A stretch of DNA of 43,938 nucleotides from an uncultured Pseudobdellovibrionaceae bacterium. Its GTDB lineage: Bacteria > Pseudomonadota > Alphaproteobacteria > Micavibrionales > Micavibrionaceae. A program made the translations under genes and the position numbers. The notes under the pieces were generated by a model. It ran no database searches, had not been told where the DNA came from, and was given only the letters and a program-made list of their open reading frames with translations. Shown here piece after piece: positions 11,087 to 19,705 of this stretch; the stretch's first letter is position 1; the number at the start of each line of letters is the position of its first letter. The stretch is taken from assembly GCA_964552285.1 (NCBI GenBank), contig CAZKGT010000001.1, positions 1 through 43,938 on the forward strand, written 5' to 3'.

Positions 11087-11755
11087 ATGACCGACAGACA
11101 ACAACTCGTTCCACCCGAAGGCGAAAAAAAGGTACTGCTGCACAGCTGCTGTGCGCCGTGTTCGGGCGATGTAATCGAGAGCATGGTGGAATCCGGGCTG
11201 GATGTGACCGTATTTTTCTACAATCCGAATATCCATCCGAAAAAGGAATATGAACTGCGCAAAAGCGAGAATATCCGCTATGCGGAAAAGTTCGGCATTC
11301 CCTTCGTTGACGCCGATTACGATGTGCAGAACTGGTTCTCCCGCGCCAAAGGGATGGAATTCGAGCCAGAACGCGGCATTCGCTGCACGATGTGTTTCGA
11401 TATGCGGTTCGAGCGCACCGCCCTGCACGCCCACGAGAACGGATTTAAGGTCTTTACCAGTTCGCTCGGCATTTCCCGCTGGAAGAACATGGACCAGATT
11501 AACGACTGCGGAACGCGGGCCGCCGGGCATTATCCGGGGGTAACCTACTGGACCTACAACTGGCGCAAAGGGGGCGGGGCAAACCGGATGTACGAGATTG
11601 CCAAGGAAGAAAATTTCTACGCCCAGCAATATTGCGGCTGCATATACTCCTTGCGCGATTCCAACGAATGGCGGGTCAAACAGGGCCGCGAGGAAATCGA
11701 GATCGGCGAGACGTTCTATGAGGACAAACTGGCCCCTTTCAAACGAAATTCTTAA
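11087..11755 (+). CDS. queH: Epoxyqueuosine reductase QueH (DUF208 family)
   Basis: '[15 protein letters not shown]...[13 protein letters not shown]...CTMCFDMRF...YCGCIYS' is the Cys pattern of DUF208/QueH. I prefer the ATG at 11087 over the track start at 11048, which overlaps the end of queA. Confidence 0.85.
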   Translation: MTDRQQLVPPEGEKKVLLHSCCAPCSGDVIESMVESGLDVTVFFYNPNIHPKKEYELRKSENIRYAEKFGIPFVDADYDVQNWFSRAKGMEFEPERGIRCTMCFDMRFERTALHAHENGFKVFTSSLGISRWKNMDQINDCGTRAAGHYPGVTYWTYNWRKGGGANRMYEIAKEENFYAQQYCGCIYSLRDSNEWRVKQGREEIEIGETFYEDKLAPFKRNS

Positions 11756-11771
11756 GCTCCTTTCTAACCCG

Positions 11772-11801
11772 CCGTCATCAGGGCTTTTTCTGAGATGACG
11801 G
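11772..11801 (+). terminator. Imperfect hairpin in the queH-ubiT spacer (possible terminator, no clear U-tract)
   Basis: 'ccgtcatcag' at 11772-11781 pairs with 'ctgagatgacgg' at 11790-11801, with a 2-nt bulge. It begins 17 nt after the queH stop. Confidence 0.3.
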
Positions 11802-11899
11802 AAAGATGAAGAAATGTGTGTGAACATGGAGTCTGCGACATTTTGCCGCATGCCCGGCCCGTTGCCCTGTATGCGCCATCTCCTCTATGAAATAGAGAT

Positions 11900-12421
11900 A
11901 TGGCTGCGGGAAATTCACAATCAATATTGCAAAATCTGCCGAAACTGGTACTGGCGCCGGTTCCGTTACCTGTTCTAAGGCCAATGCTGGCCCGCATCGT
12001 CAGCGGTGTGGCGCGGCGGCATCCGGAGCTTTTTGCAAGGCTTGGTGACAACAAAGATAAACGCATTCTCATTGATCCGGTGAACATGCCCTTTGTCCTG
12101 CTTTTGCAGCCTCATCCGGACCGGCCGCGCCTCAAAGCTTTCCGGCGCAGGCAAAACATCCCCCATGATGCCCGTATCACCGGAACTTTCCTGACATTGC
12201 TGGAGATGATTGACGGACAGACCGACAGCGATGCCCTGTTCTTCAGCCGCGACCTGCTGATTGAGGGCGATACCGAGGCCGTGGTTGCGCTGCGCAACGC
12301 GCTGGATGATATGGACGTAACGCTGGCCGAAGACCTTGTTTCCTCGTCCGGCCTCCTTTCCGGCCCAGCGCGCCGATCCCTCAAGTTTCTTCGCAAGGTA
12401 AAAAGCCATGAACGACAATGA
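11900..12421 (+). CDS. ubiT: SCP2-domain accessory factor UbiT for O2-independent ubiquinone biosynthesis
   Basis: 'FFSRDLLIEGDTEAVVALRNALDDMD' matches the YhbT/UbiT SCP2 signature 'FFQRRLVIEGDTELGL'. The gene lies directly upstream of ubiU and ubiV and overlaps ubiU. Confidence 0.8.
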   Translation: MAAGNSQSILQNLPKLVLAPVPLPVLRPMLARIVSGVARRHPELFARLGDNKDKRILIDPVNMPFVLLLQPHPDRPRLKAFRRRQNIPHDARITGTFLTLLEMIDGQTDSDALFFSRDLLIEGDTEAVVALRNALDDMDVTLAEDLVSSSGLLSGPARRSLKFLRKVKSHERQ

Positions 12422-13418
12422 AATGCAGCGCCCGGAAATCGTCTGCCCGGCGGGCACCCCGGCGGCCTTGCGTACGGCTGTGAATGCCGGGGCGGACGCC
12501 GTCTATTGCGGCTTTCAGGGGCCCACCAACGCCCGTAATTTTCCCGGCCTGAACTTCACACCGCAGGAGCTGGAGCAGGCCATCCCGTATGCCCATGAGC
12601 GCGGGGCAAAGGTACTGGTAGCGCTGAACTCATTTCCACCGGCGGGGCAGATGCAACGCTGGAAAGACGATGCAGACTGTGCTGTCAGGGTGGGAGTGGA
12701 TGCCGTGATTGTGGCCGATATCGGCATGGCCGATTATATGGCCCGCACGCATCCACAGCACAGGCTGCATCTGTCAGTTCAGGCCGGCGCTTCATCGCCG
12801 GAAGCGGTGAAGTTTTATTGCAGGGAATTCGGCGTGAAACGCGTTGTTCTGCCGCGTATCATGACCGTGGCGGAGATTAAGGACCTCAACGAACAGATCC
12901 CCTGCGAGGTGGAGGCGTTTATCTTCGGCAATATCGGCATGATGGCCGAGGGACGGTGCAGTCTTTCCTCTTACGCGACAGGCCACTCGACCAATATGGA
13001 CGGCGTCTGTTCCCCGGCCAGCCATGTACGCTATGAGCATGACGGCGAAGGCAATCTCGCCACGCGGCTCGGCGCCTTTGTCACCGATTGTTATTCCTGC
13101 GGGGAAAAGGCCGGTTACCCGACGATCTGCAAGGGCCGATACAACGCCGCCGATAAAACCGGTTATTACGCTTTTGAAGAGCCTGTCAGCCTTAACCTCA
13201 CGGCGCTTTTGCCGGAAATGATGAAAGCGGGCGTCTGCGCGCTCAAGATCGAGGGACGCCAGCGCAGCTGCGCCTATGTGAAGGCTGTTGTTTCCGCTTT
13301 CCGCAAGGCGGTGGACGACCTGATGGAAGGACGAGAGATCGCCATGGCCGACCTGCTGGCGCTTACCGAAGGACAGCGCGAAACGCAGGGTGTGTTCGGC
13401 AGCAAGACCTGGAGATAA
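12408..13418 (+). CDS. ubiU: U32-family ubiquinone hydroxylase subunit UbiU
   Basis: Collinear with E. coli YhbU: 'CPAG...ADAVY', 'TNARNFPGLNFT', 'GRCSLSSY', 'AGYPTICKGRY', 'LKIEGRQRS'. Confidence 0.9.
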   Translation: MNDNEMQRPEIVCPAGTPAALRTAVNAGADAVYCGFQGPTNARNFPGLNFTPQELEQAIPYAHERGAKVLVALNSFPPAGQMQRWKDDADCAVRVGVDAVIVADIGMADYMARTHPQHRLHLSVQAGASSPEAVKFYCREFGVKRVVLPRIMTVAEIKDLNEQIPCEVEAFIFGNIGMMAEGRCSLSSYATGHSTNMDGVCSPASHVRYEHDGEGNLATRLGAFVTDCYSCGEKAGYPTICKGRYNAADKTGYYAFEEPVSLNLTALLPEMMKAGVCALKIEGRQRSCAYVKAVVSAFRKAVDDLMEGREIAMADLLALTEGQRETQGVFGSKTWR

Positions 13419-13421
13419 CGC

Positions 13422-14330
13422 ATGGAAAAAGAGCTTACCCTTGGCCCGATCCTGTTTAACTGGCCGGCTGAAACATGGCGGGATTTTTATTTCCGCATTG
13501 CCGACGAAGCGCCGGTGAATACGGTCTATATCGGCGAAGTCGTCTGCTCCAAACGCACGCCTTTTATCGAACCCTATTACGAAGAAGTGGCAAAACGCCT
13601 GACGGACGCCGGAAAAACAGCCGTCTTTTCAACGCTGGCCGAAGTTGTCAGCAAACGCGACCGTCAGCTCTCGGAAGCGCTGTGCGCCCTGGAAGATTAT
13701 CCGGTTGAAATCAACGATGTGTCCGGCCTGTGGTTTATGGATAGCAAGCCCTGCCGCATCGGGCCGTTCGTCAATGTTTATAATGAACAGACGCTCGATG
13801 TGCTGGCACGGCACAATGTCACTCACATCTGCCTGCCGCCGGAGATTCCCGCAGAAACAATCGAATGCCTGGGAGCAAAAGCCAAAGCGCTGGGGATCAC
13901 GCTGGAGGTTCAGGTTTACGGACGTATTCCGCTGGCCCTGTCGGCGCGCTGCTATCATGCCCGCGCTCACGGCAAGACGAAGGACAGCTGCCAGTACGTC
14001 TGCGAGGAAAGCCCGGACGGGATGGATTTACGCACGCTCGAGGAACAGCCTTTTCTGGCCATTAACGGGATACAGACGCTCTCCTACACCTGCCTCAACC
14101 TTGCCCATGAGATGGCGGCAATGTCAAAGACCGGGATCAACGCCTTCCGGCTATCCCCGCACAGTCATGACATGGTGGATGTCGCCAGAACCTATCGCTC
14201 TATTCTGGATGGTACGATGGATGCAGATGAAGGAACGGCGTATCTTTCTGACAACGGCCTCGGAGTACCCTTCTCAAATGGCTTCTATTACAAATCCGAA
14301 GGACATCAGTGGATTGACAAACGCGCCTGA
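13422..14330 (+). CDS. ubiV: U32-family ubiquinone hydroxylase subunit UbiV
   Basis: Collinear with E. coli YhbV: 'LGPILFNWP', 'YIGEVVCSKR', 'PLALSARC', 'NGIQTLSY', 'RLSPH'. Confidence 0.9.
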   Translation: MEKELTLGPILFNWPAETWRDFYFRIADEAPVNTVYIGEVVCSKRTPFIEPYYEEVAKRLTDAGKTAVFSTLAEVVSKRDRQLSEALCALEDYPVEINDVSGLWFMDSKPCRIGPFVNVYNEQTLDVLARHNVTHICLPPEIPAETIECLGAKAKALGITLEVQVYGRIPLALSARCYHARAHGKTKDSCQYVCEESPDGMDLRTLEEQPFLAINGIQTLSYTCLNLAHEMAAMSKTGINAFRLSPHSHDMVDVARTYRSILDGTMDADEGTAYLSDNGLGVPFSNGFYYKSEGHQWIDKRA

Positions 14331-14346
14331 ACGGCACGTCTTTTTT
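14321..14346 (+). terminator. Putative intrinsic terminator after ubiV
   Basis: A 7-bp stem, 'acgcgcc' with 'ggcacgt' (one mismatch), and a loop 'tgaac' that contains the ubiV stop codon. It is followed by 'cTTTTTT'. Confidence 0.5.
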
Positions 14347-14432
14347 CCATGACCGCACACTAAATCCCAGCCTTTCCATACCCTGCAGAACCCCGGCATA
14401 AATCCTGCTTGGTTTAGAGGTAGTATGCTTTT

Positions 14433-14460
14433 GCTTTTTTATTATGAAAAATAAAAAAGC
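14433..14460. repeat. AT-rich perfect 10-bp inverted repeat upstream of the flagellin gene
   Basis: 'gcttttttat' at 14433-14442 and 'ataaaaaagc' at 14451-14460, separated by 8 nt. Confidence 0.7.
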
Positions 14461-14614
14461 TGGCATGCATTGTCTTGAAACAAGCGCGGAGGGCCCATGT
14501 GAGGCACCGATCGATGTTCCGGGACGGGCATTACTGGACTGTAGGAACCGGGCATATTTTGCCCGGCAGGGATGGTTTTGCCTTTAACGGAATAATTAAA
14601 CGGAAGCGGGGAAG

Positions 14615-16183
14615 ATGACGGACAGCGTTTCCCTCGGACCGGTCTTTATGAAGAATTTATTGGCCATCAGCAATGCGCAGAGCATTGTTGACAAGACGAC
14701 GTTGCGCCTGTCCACCAGCAAACGCGTCAACAGCGCGCTCGACAATCCGCAGAATTTCTTTGCCTCCGAAGCCTTGAGCAGCCGGTCGAGCGACCTGCAA
14801 CGCCTTCTCGACGGGATTGGTAAAAACATCCAGACCATCAAGGAAGCGCTGGCTGGTGTCGAGGCCATTGAAAAACTACTTAATCAGGCTGATGCTATTG
14901 CAACTGCCTCGCAGGAACTCTTCAATCTCGGAGATGTAGACCCTGAAATATACGAAGAAATTATTGATTTCAGCCCCACAGCGCTCAGCGCGCAAATTCT
15001 CGACAGGAACCCGGAGGCCTACTGGCGGCTGAATGATGCGGCTGGGCCTGCCGTGAACCTCGGAAGCATCGGCGCGGCTGTAGACGGCACCTACGTAAAC
15101 GGCGTAACCCTTGGCCAACCAGCCCTGTACAGCAACGGCGGCGATGTCAGCGCCTCCTTTAGCGGCGCAAACCAGTTCGTCGATATCCCCGATCACAACA
15201 GCATCAACCTGCAAATTCAGGCAGAAAGAACCATCGAGCTTGTCTTCAATGCCAATACGACCGCGGGGCGACAGGTGCTCTATGAAGAAGGCGCCACCGT
15301 TAACAGCCTGACGATCTACATCGATAACGGATCTCTTTACATTACAGGCCGCGATGCCGGTGCATGGGGGCCGTTCAATATCAATGCGCCCGTTGTCGCC
15401 GGACAGACCTATCATATGGCGCTGGTCTTCGATCAGCCGAACGGAGAATTCCGCGGTTATCTCGATGGGACAGAGATCGGCAACGGGGCGGTGGGGCCTG
15501 CATTCCCGGCACACTCCGGCGATATCGGCATCGGCGGAATGAACGAAAGCGCCTGGTTCCATGACGGCGCGGTCAGCGGTAACGGGTTATATTTCAATGG
15601 CCGGATTTCAGATGTCGCGCTTTATAACGACGTTCTGAGCGATAATGAAATCGCCAGCCACGCCAACGCCCTGAACACGTCCACGACCACGCAATACCTG
15701 CACAGGCAGTTCGAAAATGTGATGGAGCAGATCGATCAACTGGTCAGCGATGCCACGCACCGCGGGATCGGGCTGCTGATTGAACAGGATTTGCGCACCG
15801 ACTTTAACGAGCTTCGCTCCAGCTACCTGATTACCCAAGGAATTGATTTCACATCGGCGGGGCTCGGTATTGTCCGGAATGATTTCAACAACGGCGATGA
15901 TCTTGAGGATGTGATTGAGAGCGTGCGTGCCGCCCTTATCGACGTTAGAAATTACGGCTCCTCACTCGTTAATGATCTTAATATCATCGAAACACGAGAG
16001 GATTTCATTGAGAGCTTTGCCAACACGCTGGAAGAAGGATCCTCCGATCTGACCATTGCAGATATGAACGAGGAAGGGGCCAATCTTCTGGCCGCGCAAA
16101 CACGGCTTTCGCTGGCCGTTACGGCGCTCAGCCTTGCCAATATTTTCAGCGCGTCAATTCTGGATCTGTTTTCAGGACAATAG
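14615..16183 (+). CDS. Flagellin with a LamG/ConA-like domain in place of the variable D2/D3 region
   Basis: The N-terminal part, 'RLSTSKRVNSALDNPQNFFASEA...LQRLLDGIGKNIQTIK', and the C-terminal part, 'ANLLAAQTRLSLAVTALSLAN', look like flagellin D0/D1 helices. Residues ~134-350 carry 'AYWRLND...FSGANQFVDIP...TIELVFNA...GQTYHMALVFD...FNGRISDVALYNDVLSDNEI', which resembles Laminin_G_3. An alternative start is the ATG at 14648. Confidence 0.85.
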   Translation: MTDSVSLGPVFMKNLLAISNAQSIVDKTTLRLSTSKRVNSALDNPQNFFASEALSSRSSDLQRLLDGIGKNIQTIKEALAGVEAIEKLLNQADAIATASQELFNLGDVDPEIYEEIIDFSPTALSAQILDRNPEAYWRLNDAAGPAVNLGSIGAAVDGTYVNGVTLGQPALYSNGGDVSASFSGANQFVDIPDHNSINLQIQAERTIELVFNANTTAGRQVLYEEGATVNSLTIYIDNGSLYITGRDAGAWGPFNINAPVVAGQTYHMALVFDQPNGEFRGYLDGTEIGNGAVGPAFPAHSGDIGIGGMNESAWFHDGAVSGNGLYFNGRISDVALYNDVLSDNEIASHANALNTSTTTQYLHRQFENVMEQIDQLVSDATHRGIGLLIEQDLRTDFNELRSSYLITQGIDFTSAGLGIVRNDFNNGDDLEDVIESVRAALIDVRNYGSSLVNDLNIIETREDFIESFANTLEEGSSDLTIADMNEEGANLLAAQTRLSLAVTALSLANIFSASILDLFSGQ

Positions 16184-16187
16184 CGTA

Positions 16188-16640
16188 TCAGGCAGAGTCT
16201 TCTTTCGCCGCTTCACCGTCTTCATCATCGCTGTCACTTTTTGCGCCGGGACGGGTTTGCCAGAGTTCACGGATCTTGCCCGGCAGCTCTTTCGGGCTGA
16301 AAGGTTTGTGAATAACACCGATAACACCAAGACGCTTATAATCGTCCAGCATTTCGACCTTTTCCTTGCCGGTCAGAAAAATAATGGACGGATTATCGTA
16401 ATCCGGAGACTTCAGCAGCCATTTAATCATTTCCGGCCCGTCCATTTTTGGCATGCTCAAATCCATGATGATCAGTTCCGGCGTAAGTTCACGGATCCGG
16501 GTCAGAAGCTCATTGCCGTCAGGGCAGGAAACAATGACAAAATCCTCGTCATCAACCGCCCGCATCAGCGACATTTTCACTATATCTCTCATGTCCGGAT
16601 CGTCATCGACGTGTACGATCCGCATCGGAAAATCAGACAT
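16188..16640 (-). CDS. Single-domain CheY-like response regulator with an acidic C-terminal tail
   Basis: The receiver signature is complete: 'VDDDPD', the phospho-acceptor in 'IIMDLSMPKMDG', 'IFLTGK' and 'HKPF'. An SD-like 'ggaagagg' lies upstream of the ATG. Confidence 0.9.
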   Translation of the reverse strand: MSDFPMRIVHVDDDPDMRDIVKMSLMRAVDDEDFVIVSCPDGNELLTRIRELTPELIIMDLSMPKMDGPEMIKWLLKSPDYDNPSIIFLTGKEKVEMLDDYKRLGVIGVIHKPFSPKELPGKIRELWQTRPGAKSDSDDEDGEAAKEDSA

Positions 16641-16708
16641 TTTTGAAACCTCTTCCGACCATTATCCCTTAAAATCCTAAAAAAGGGAAAACAGGCATAC
16701 TCTTGTCC

Positions 16709-19423
16709 TCAGGCAACCTTGCGCTTGCCCTGCTTCAGACAAACGAGAAGCTTCTGCGGATCTTCATGGTCATGCTCCACAGCAAAGCCGAGTTTGCGGC
16801 ACATGCTGAGCATTTCCGTGTTCTCCGCCAGGACATTCCCCCAAAGCTCGGAAATCCCCTGATCGGCGGTATAATCGATAAGCTCTTCCATCAAAACCGT
16901 GCCGATCCCCTTGTTCTTCATGTCAGAGCGGACAATCACGCCGAATTCTGCGCGCACAAGATCGGGATCTGAAGCCAGACGCGAAACGCCAAGAAGCTCG
17001 CCGTTTTTGATATCAAGCGCAACAAACGCCATCGCCCGCGCATAGTCGATCTGGGTCAGGCGGGCAATAAATTCGCGGGGGAGTTTTTTGACCGGCTTGA
17101 ACAGGCGCATGCGCTGATCTTCCGGATCGGTTTTTTCGGTGAAGGTGTCATACAGCACTTCGTCTTCCGGCCGTATAGGCCGGATGAAGACCTCGCCGCC
17201 ACTTTTGAGTTTTCTGTATTCTTCCAGTTCCTTCGGATAGGGGCGGATGGACAGGCGCGGATTTTCACCGGTACGCGGTCCCTTGACCTTCTTGGCCAGA
17301 ATACGGGCATCGAGAGCAATAACCCCCTTGTCATCAGCCATCAGCGGATTGATATCCAGTTCATGTATCTCCGGATTATCAACGATCATCTGCGATATCC
17401 TGACCAAAGTAAGCGCGATAGCCTCCATATTGGCAGGCGGGCGATCACGGTAGCCCAGAAGCAGCTTGTAGATATTGGTCTTGCCGATCAGGTCTTCTGC
17501 CAGCTTGAGATCAAGCGGCGGCAGGGTCACGGCACGGTCGGCAATCACCTCCACAGCCGTCCCGCCGGCGCCGAACAGGAGAACGGGTCCGAACGTCCGG
17601 TCCTCGCTGACGCCGACGATAAGCTCATGCGCATTGGTGCGGCGGATCATCGGCTGGACGGTAAAGCCGTCGATTTTGGCCTTGGGAAACATCTTGGTGA
17701 TGCGCTCCAGCATGGCATGCGCTTCTTCCTGCGCCGCCTGCGCACTCGGCAGGTCAAGGGCAACGCCGCCCGCATCCGACTTGTGGGAAATATCTTCGGA
17801 CAGGATCTTGATAACCACTTCGGAATAAGGACCGTCCTTCAGGATAGCGCCGGCTGCATCGTAAACCGCTTCGGGACTGTCGACTTTGAAGGTCGGGACA
17901 ACCGGAATACCGTAGGCTTCCATGACCGACTTGGCTTCCGGCTCGGTCAGCATTTGCCTGTTCTGATCCAGAACCTCGGAGATAATTCTCTGCGCGGCTT
18001 TTGAGTCCGTCACATAATCTTCCGGCAGGCTTGGCGGGGCGCGCATGAGTTTTTCCTGCGCCTTAACGTGACGGGTGAGATAGCTGAAACCGCGAATGGC
18101 ATCGGCCGGGGTGTTGAATGTCGGGATATTGTTCTCGGAGAACAGGGCGCGGGCCTCGCGGGCCGTCACCTCGCCCAGCCAGTTGGTCAAAACGATTTTC
18201 TGGCGGTCGTGCTTCTTATTATAGGACTCGACGGCCTTGATTGTGGACCTGGCGGCATCGAGGCTGTCGGCCAGCGCCGTCGGACAGTTCATCACAAGCA
18301 CGGCATCGACGTTTGGATCGGCCAGCGTCAGCTCAATGGATTCCTCATAGCGCTCTGCCGGAGCGTCCCCGATAATATCGACCGGGTTCATGTGCGACCA
18401 GGAGTCGGGAAGAACCTTGTTCAGGGCCTCGACCGTCTCCGGCTCCAGGGCGGACAGGTTGCCATTATAGTCCTCCAGACGGTCAACGGCGAGAACACCC
18501 GCTCCGCCGCCGTTTGTAACAATCGCCAGATGATCGCCGCTGACCGGTTTCTGACGGCTCAGGATCTCGGCAGCGTGGAACAGTTCTTCCAGATCCGTCA
18601 CACGCAGGATACCCGAGCGCTCGAACGCAGCGCCGTAAACATTGTCGGCCCCGGCCAGCGCTCCTGTATGAGAAGCGGCCGCAGCGGCACCGGCCTCATG
18701 GCGGCCCGACTTAATAACGACGATCGGCTTGATCCGTGCAGCCGCCTTGGCGGCGGACATGAATTTTTTTGCATCCGATATCTGCTCAATATACATCAGG
18801 ATCGCGCTGGTTTTGTGGTCGGAGGCCATGTAATCCAGCGTGTCCGCAATATCGACGTCCGACATGTCGCCCAGCGAAACCATATAGGAAAAACCGATCC
18901 CGCGCCCGTTGGCCCAGTCGAGAACGGAGGTGATAATCGCCCCGGACTGGGAGACAAAGGCAAGGTTGCCGGCCAGCGGCGTTTTATGCGCGAAGCTCGC
19001 ATTCAGGCCTATACCCGGGATCATAAGGCCGATACAGTTCGGCCCCTGGATGCGTATCTGGTTCTTGCGGGCGATGGACTGCATCTTGTTGTCCAGCGCC
19101 TTGTCGTTGCGAATGCCCGCTGTAATGATGACGGTTGCCTTGGTCCCCTTTTTCGCCAGGTCCTCCATAACGCCGGGAACCGTTGCAGGCGGCGTTGCGA
19201 TCACAGCCAGGTCCGGGGCCAGCGGCAGCTCTTCTGCGCTTTTATAACTCTGAATCCCCTCGATCTCGCCGCCTTTCGGGTTGACCAGCCAGACAGAGCC
19301 CTCGAACCCGCTTTCCAGCAGGTTCCTGGTCAGGACGTTACCCACCGAGCCGGGCCGCGCGCTGGCACCAAACAATGCCACCGAACGCGGGGCAAACATT
19401 TTATTGAGATTAAAGATTGTCAT
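16709..19423 (-). CDS. pat: Pat-type bifunctional protein: acyl-CoA synthetase (NDP-forming) domains fused to a C-terminal GNAT protein acetyltransferase
   Basis: An N-terminal CoA-binding region ('PRSVALFGAS...GSVG'), succinyl-CoA-synthetase-like and ATP-grasp regions, and a C-terminal GNAT region ('VRSDMKNKGIGTVLM'). Length is 904 aa. Confidence 0.88.
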   Translation of the reverse strand: MTIFNLNKMFAPRSVALFGASARPGSVGNVLTRNLLESGFEGSVWLVNPKGGEIEGIQSYKSAEELPLAPDLAVIATPPATVPGVMEDLAKKGTKATVIITAGIRNDKALDNKMQSIARKNQIRIQGPNCIGLMIPGIGLNASFAHKTPLAGNLAFVSQSGAIITSVLDWANGRGIGFSYMVSLGDMSDVDIADTLDYMASDHKTSAILMYIEQISDAKKFMSAAKAAARIKPIVVIKSGRHEAGAAAAASHTGALAGADNVYGAAFERSGILRVTDLEELFHAAEILSRQKPVSGDHLAIVTNGGGAGVLAVDRLEDYNGNLSALEPETVEALNKVLPDSWSHMNPVDIIGDAPAERYEESIELTLADPNVDAVLVMNCPTALADSLDAARSTIKAVESYNKKHDRQKIVLTNWLGEVTAREARALFSENNIPTFNTPADAIRGFSYLTRHVKAQEKLMRAPPSLPEDYVTDSKAAQRIISEVLDQNRQMLTEPEAKSVMEAYGIPVVPTFKVDSPEAVYDAAGAILKDGPYSEVVIKILSEDISHKSDAGGVALDLPSAQAAQEEAHAMLERITKMFPKAKIDGFTVQPMIRRTNAHELIVGVSEDRTFGPVLLFGAGGTAVEVIADRAVTLPPLDLKLAEDLIGKTNIYKLLLGYRDRPPANMEAIALTLVRISQMIVDNPEIHELDINPLMADDKGVIALDARILAKKVKGPRTGENPRLSIRPYPKELEEYRKLKSGGEVFIRPIRPEDEVLYDTFTEKTDPEDQRMRLFKPVKKLPREFIARLTQIDYARAMAFVALDIKNGELLGVSRLASDPDLVRAEFGVIVRSDMKNKGIGTVLMEELIDYTADQGISELWGNVLAENTEMLSMCRKLGFAVEHDHEDPQKLLVCLKQGKRKVA

Positions 19424-19705
19424 GACCGCCTTGCCATTCTTGATTTACGCAAAATTGTATCACACGAATTCTCTCTGACGATCATAAGCTATCCGGACCA
19501 TAAATGAAGCGATAAAATGACGCGTTTTCCCTATTTTTTCCGCCCCCAATCAGGACGAAAGATGTTTTATTTTCAATGTTTTCGCGTGATTTCATAGACA
19601 TAGTGCGTCACCTTTACGCACCCGCCTGAAAAGCCTTGAAGCATTGGCCGGAGCCTGCGAAAATACCTGACGAAAAAATGAATAGACAAGACCAGCGGGT
19701 ATAAA

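Noticed and set aside
9934-11184. 416-aa ORF on the minus strand
   Set aside because: It lies fully antisense to queA and queH, both of which have strong family signatures. Its translation is Arg/Ala/Gly-rich with no motif. This is a typical shadow ORF in GC-rich DNA.
14461-14477. Sigma54-like 'TGGCAT-N5-GTCT' sequence upstream of the flagellin gene
   Set aside because: The -12 element does not match TTGC at the required spacing from the GG dinucleotide. I also could not find a convincing sigma28 TAAA-N15-GCCGATAA match by eye.
19440-19453. FNR/CRP-like box 'TTGAT-ttac-GCAAA' in the pat/hydrogenase divergent region
   Set aside because: Only one half-site matches. It lies ~250 bp from the hydrogenase operon start and 17 bp from the pat start codon. 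That is insufficient to call.
18068-19507. 479-aa ORF on the plus strand
   Set aside because: It is antisense to the well-supported pat gene, and its composition is low-information (R/G/A/V-rich). The same reasoning applies to 17363-18004, 18-884, 22237-23046, 23112-23984, 30340-31200 and 39908-40978.
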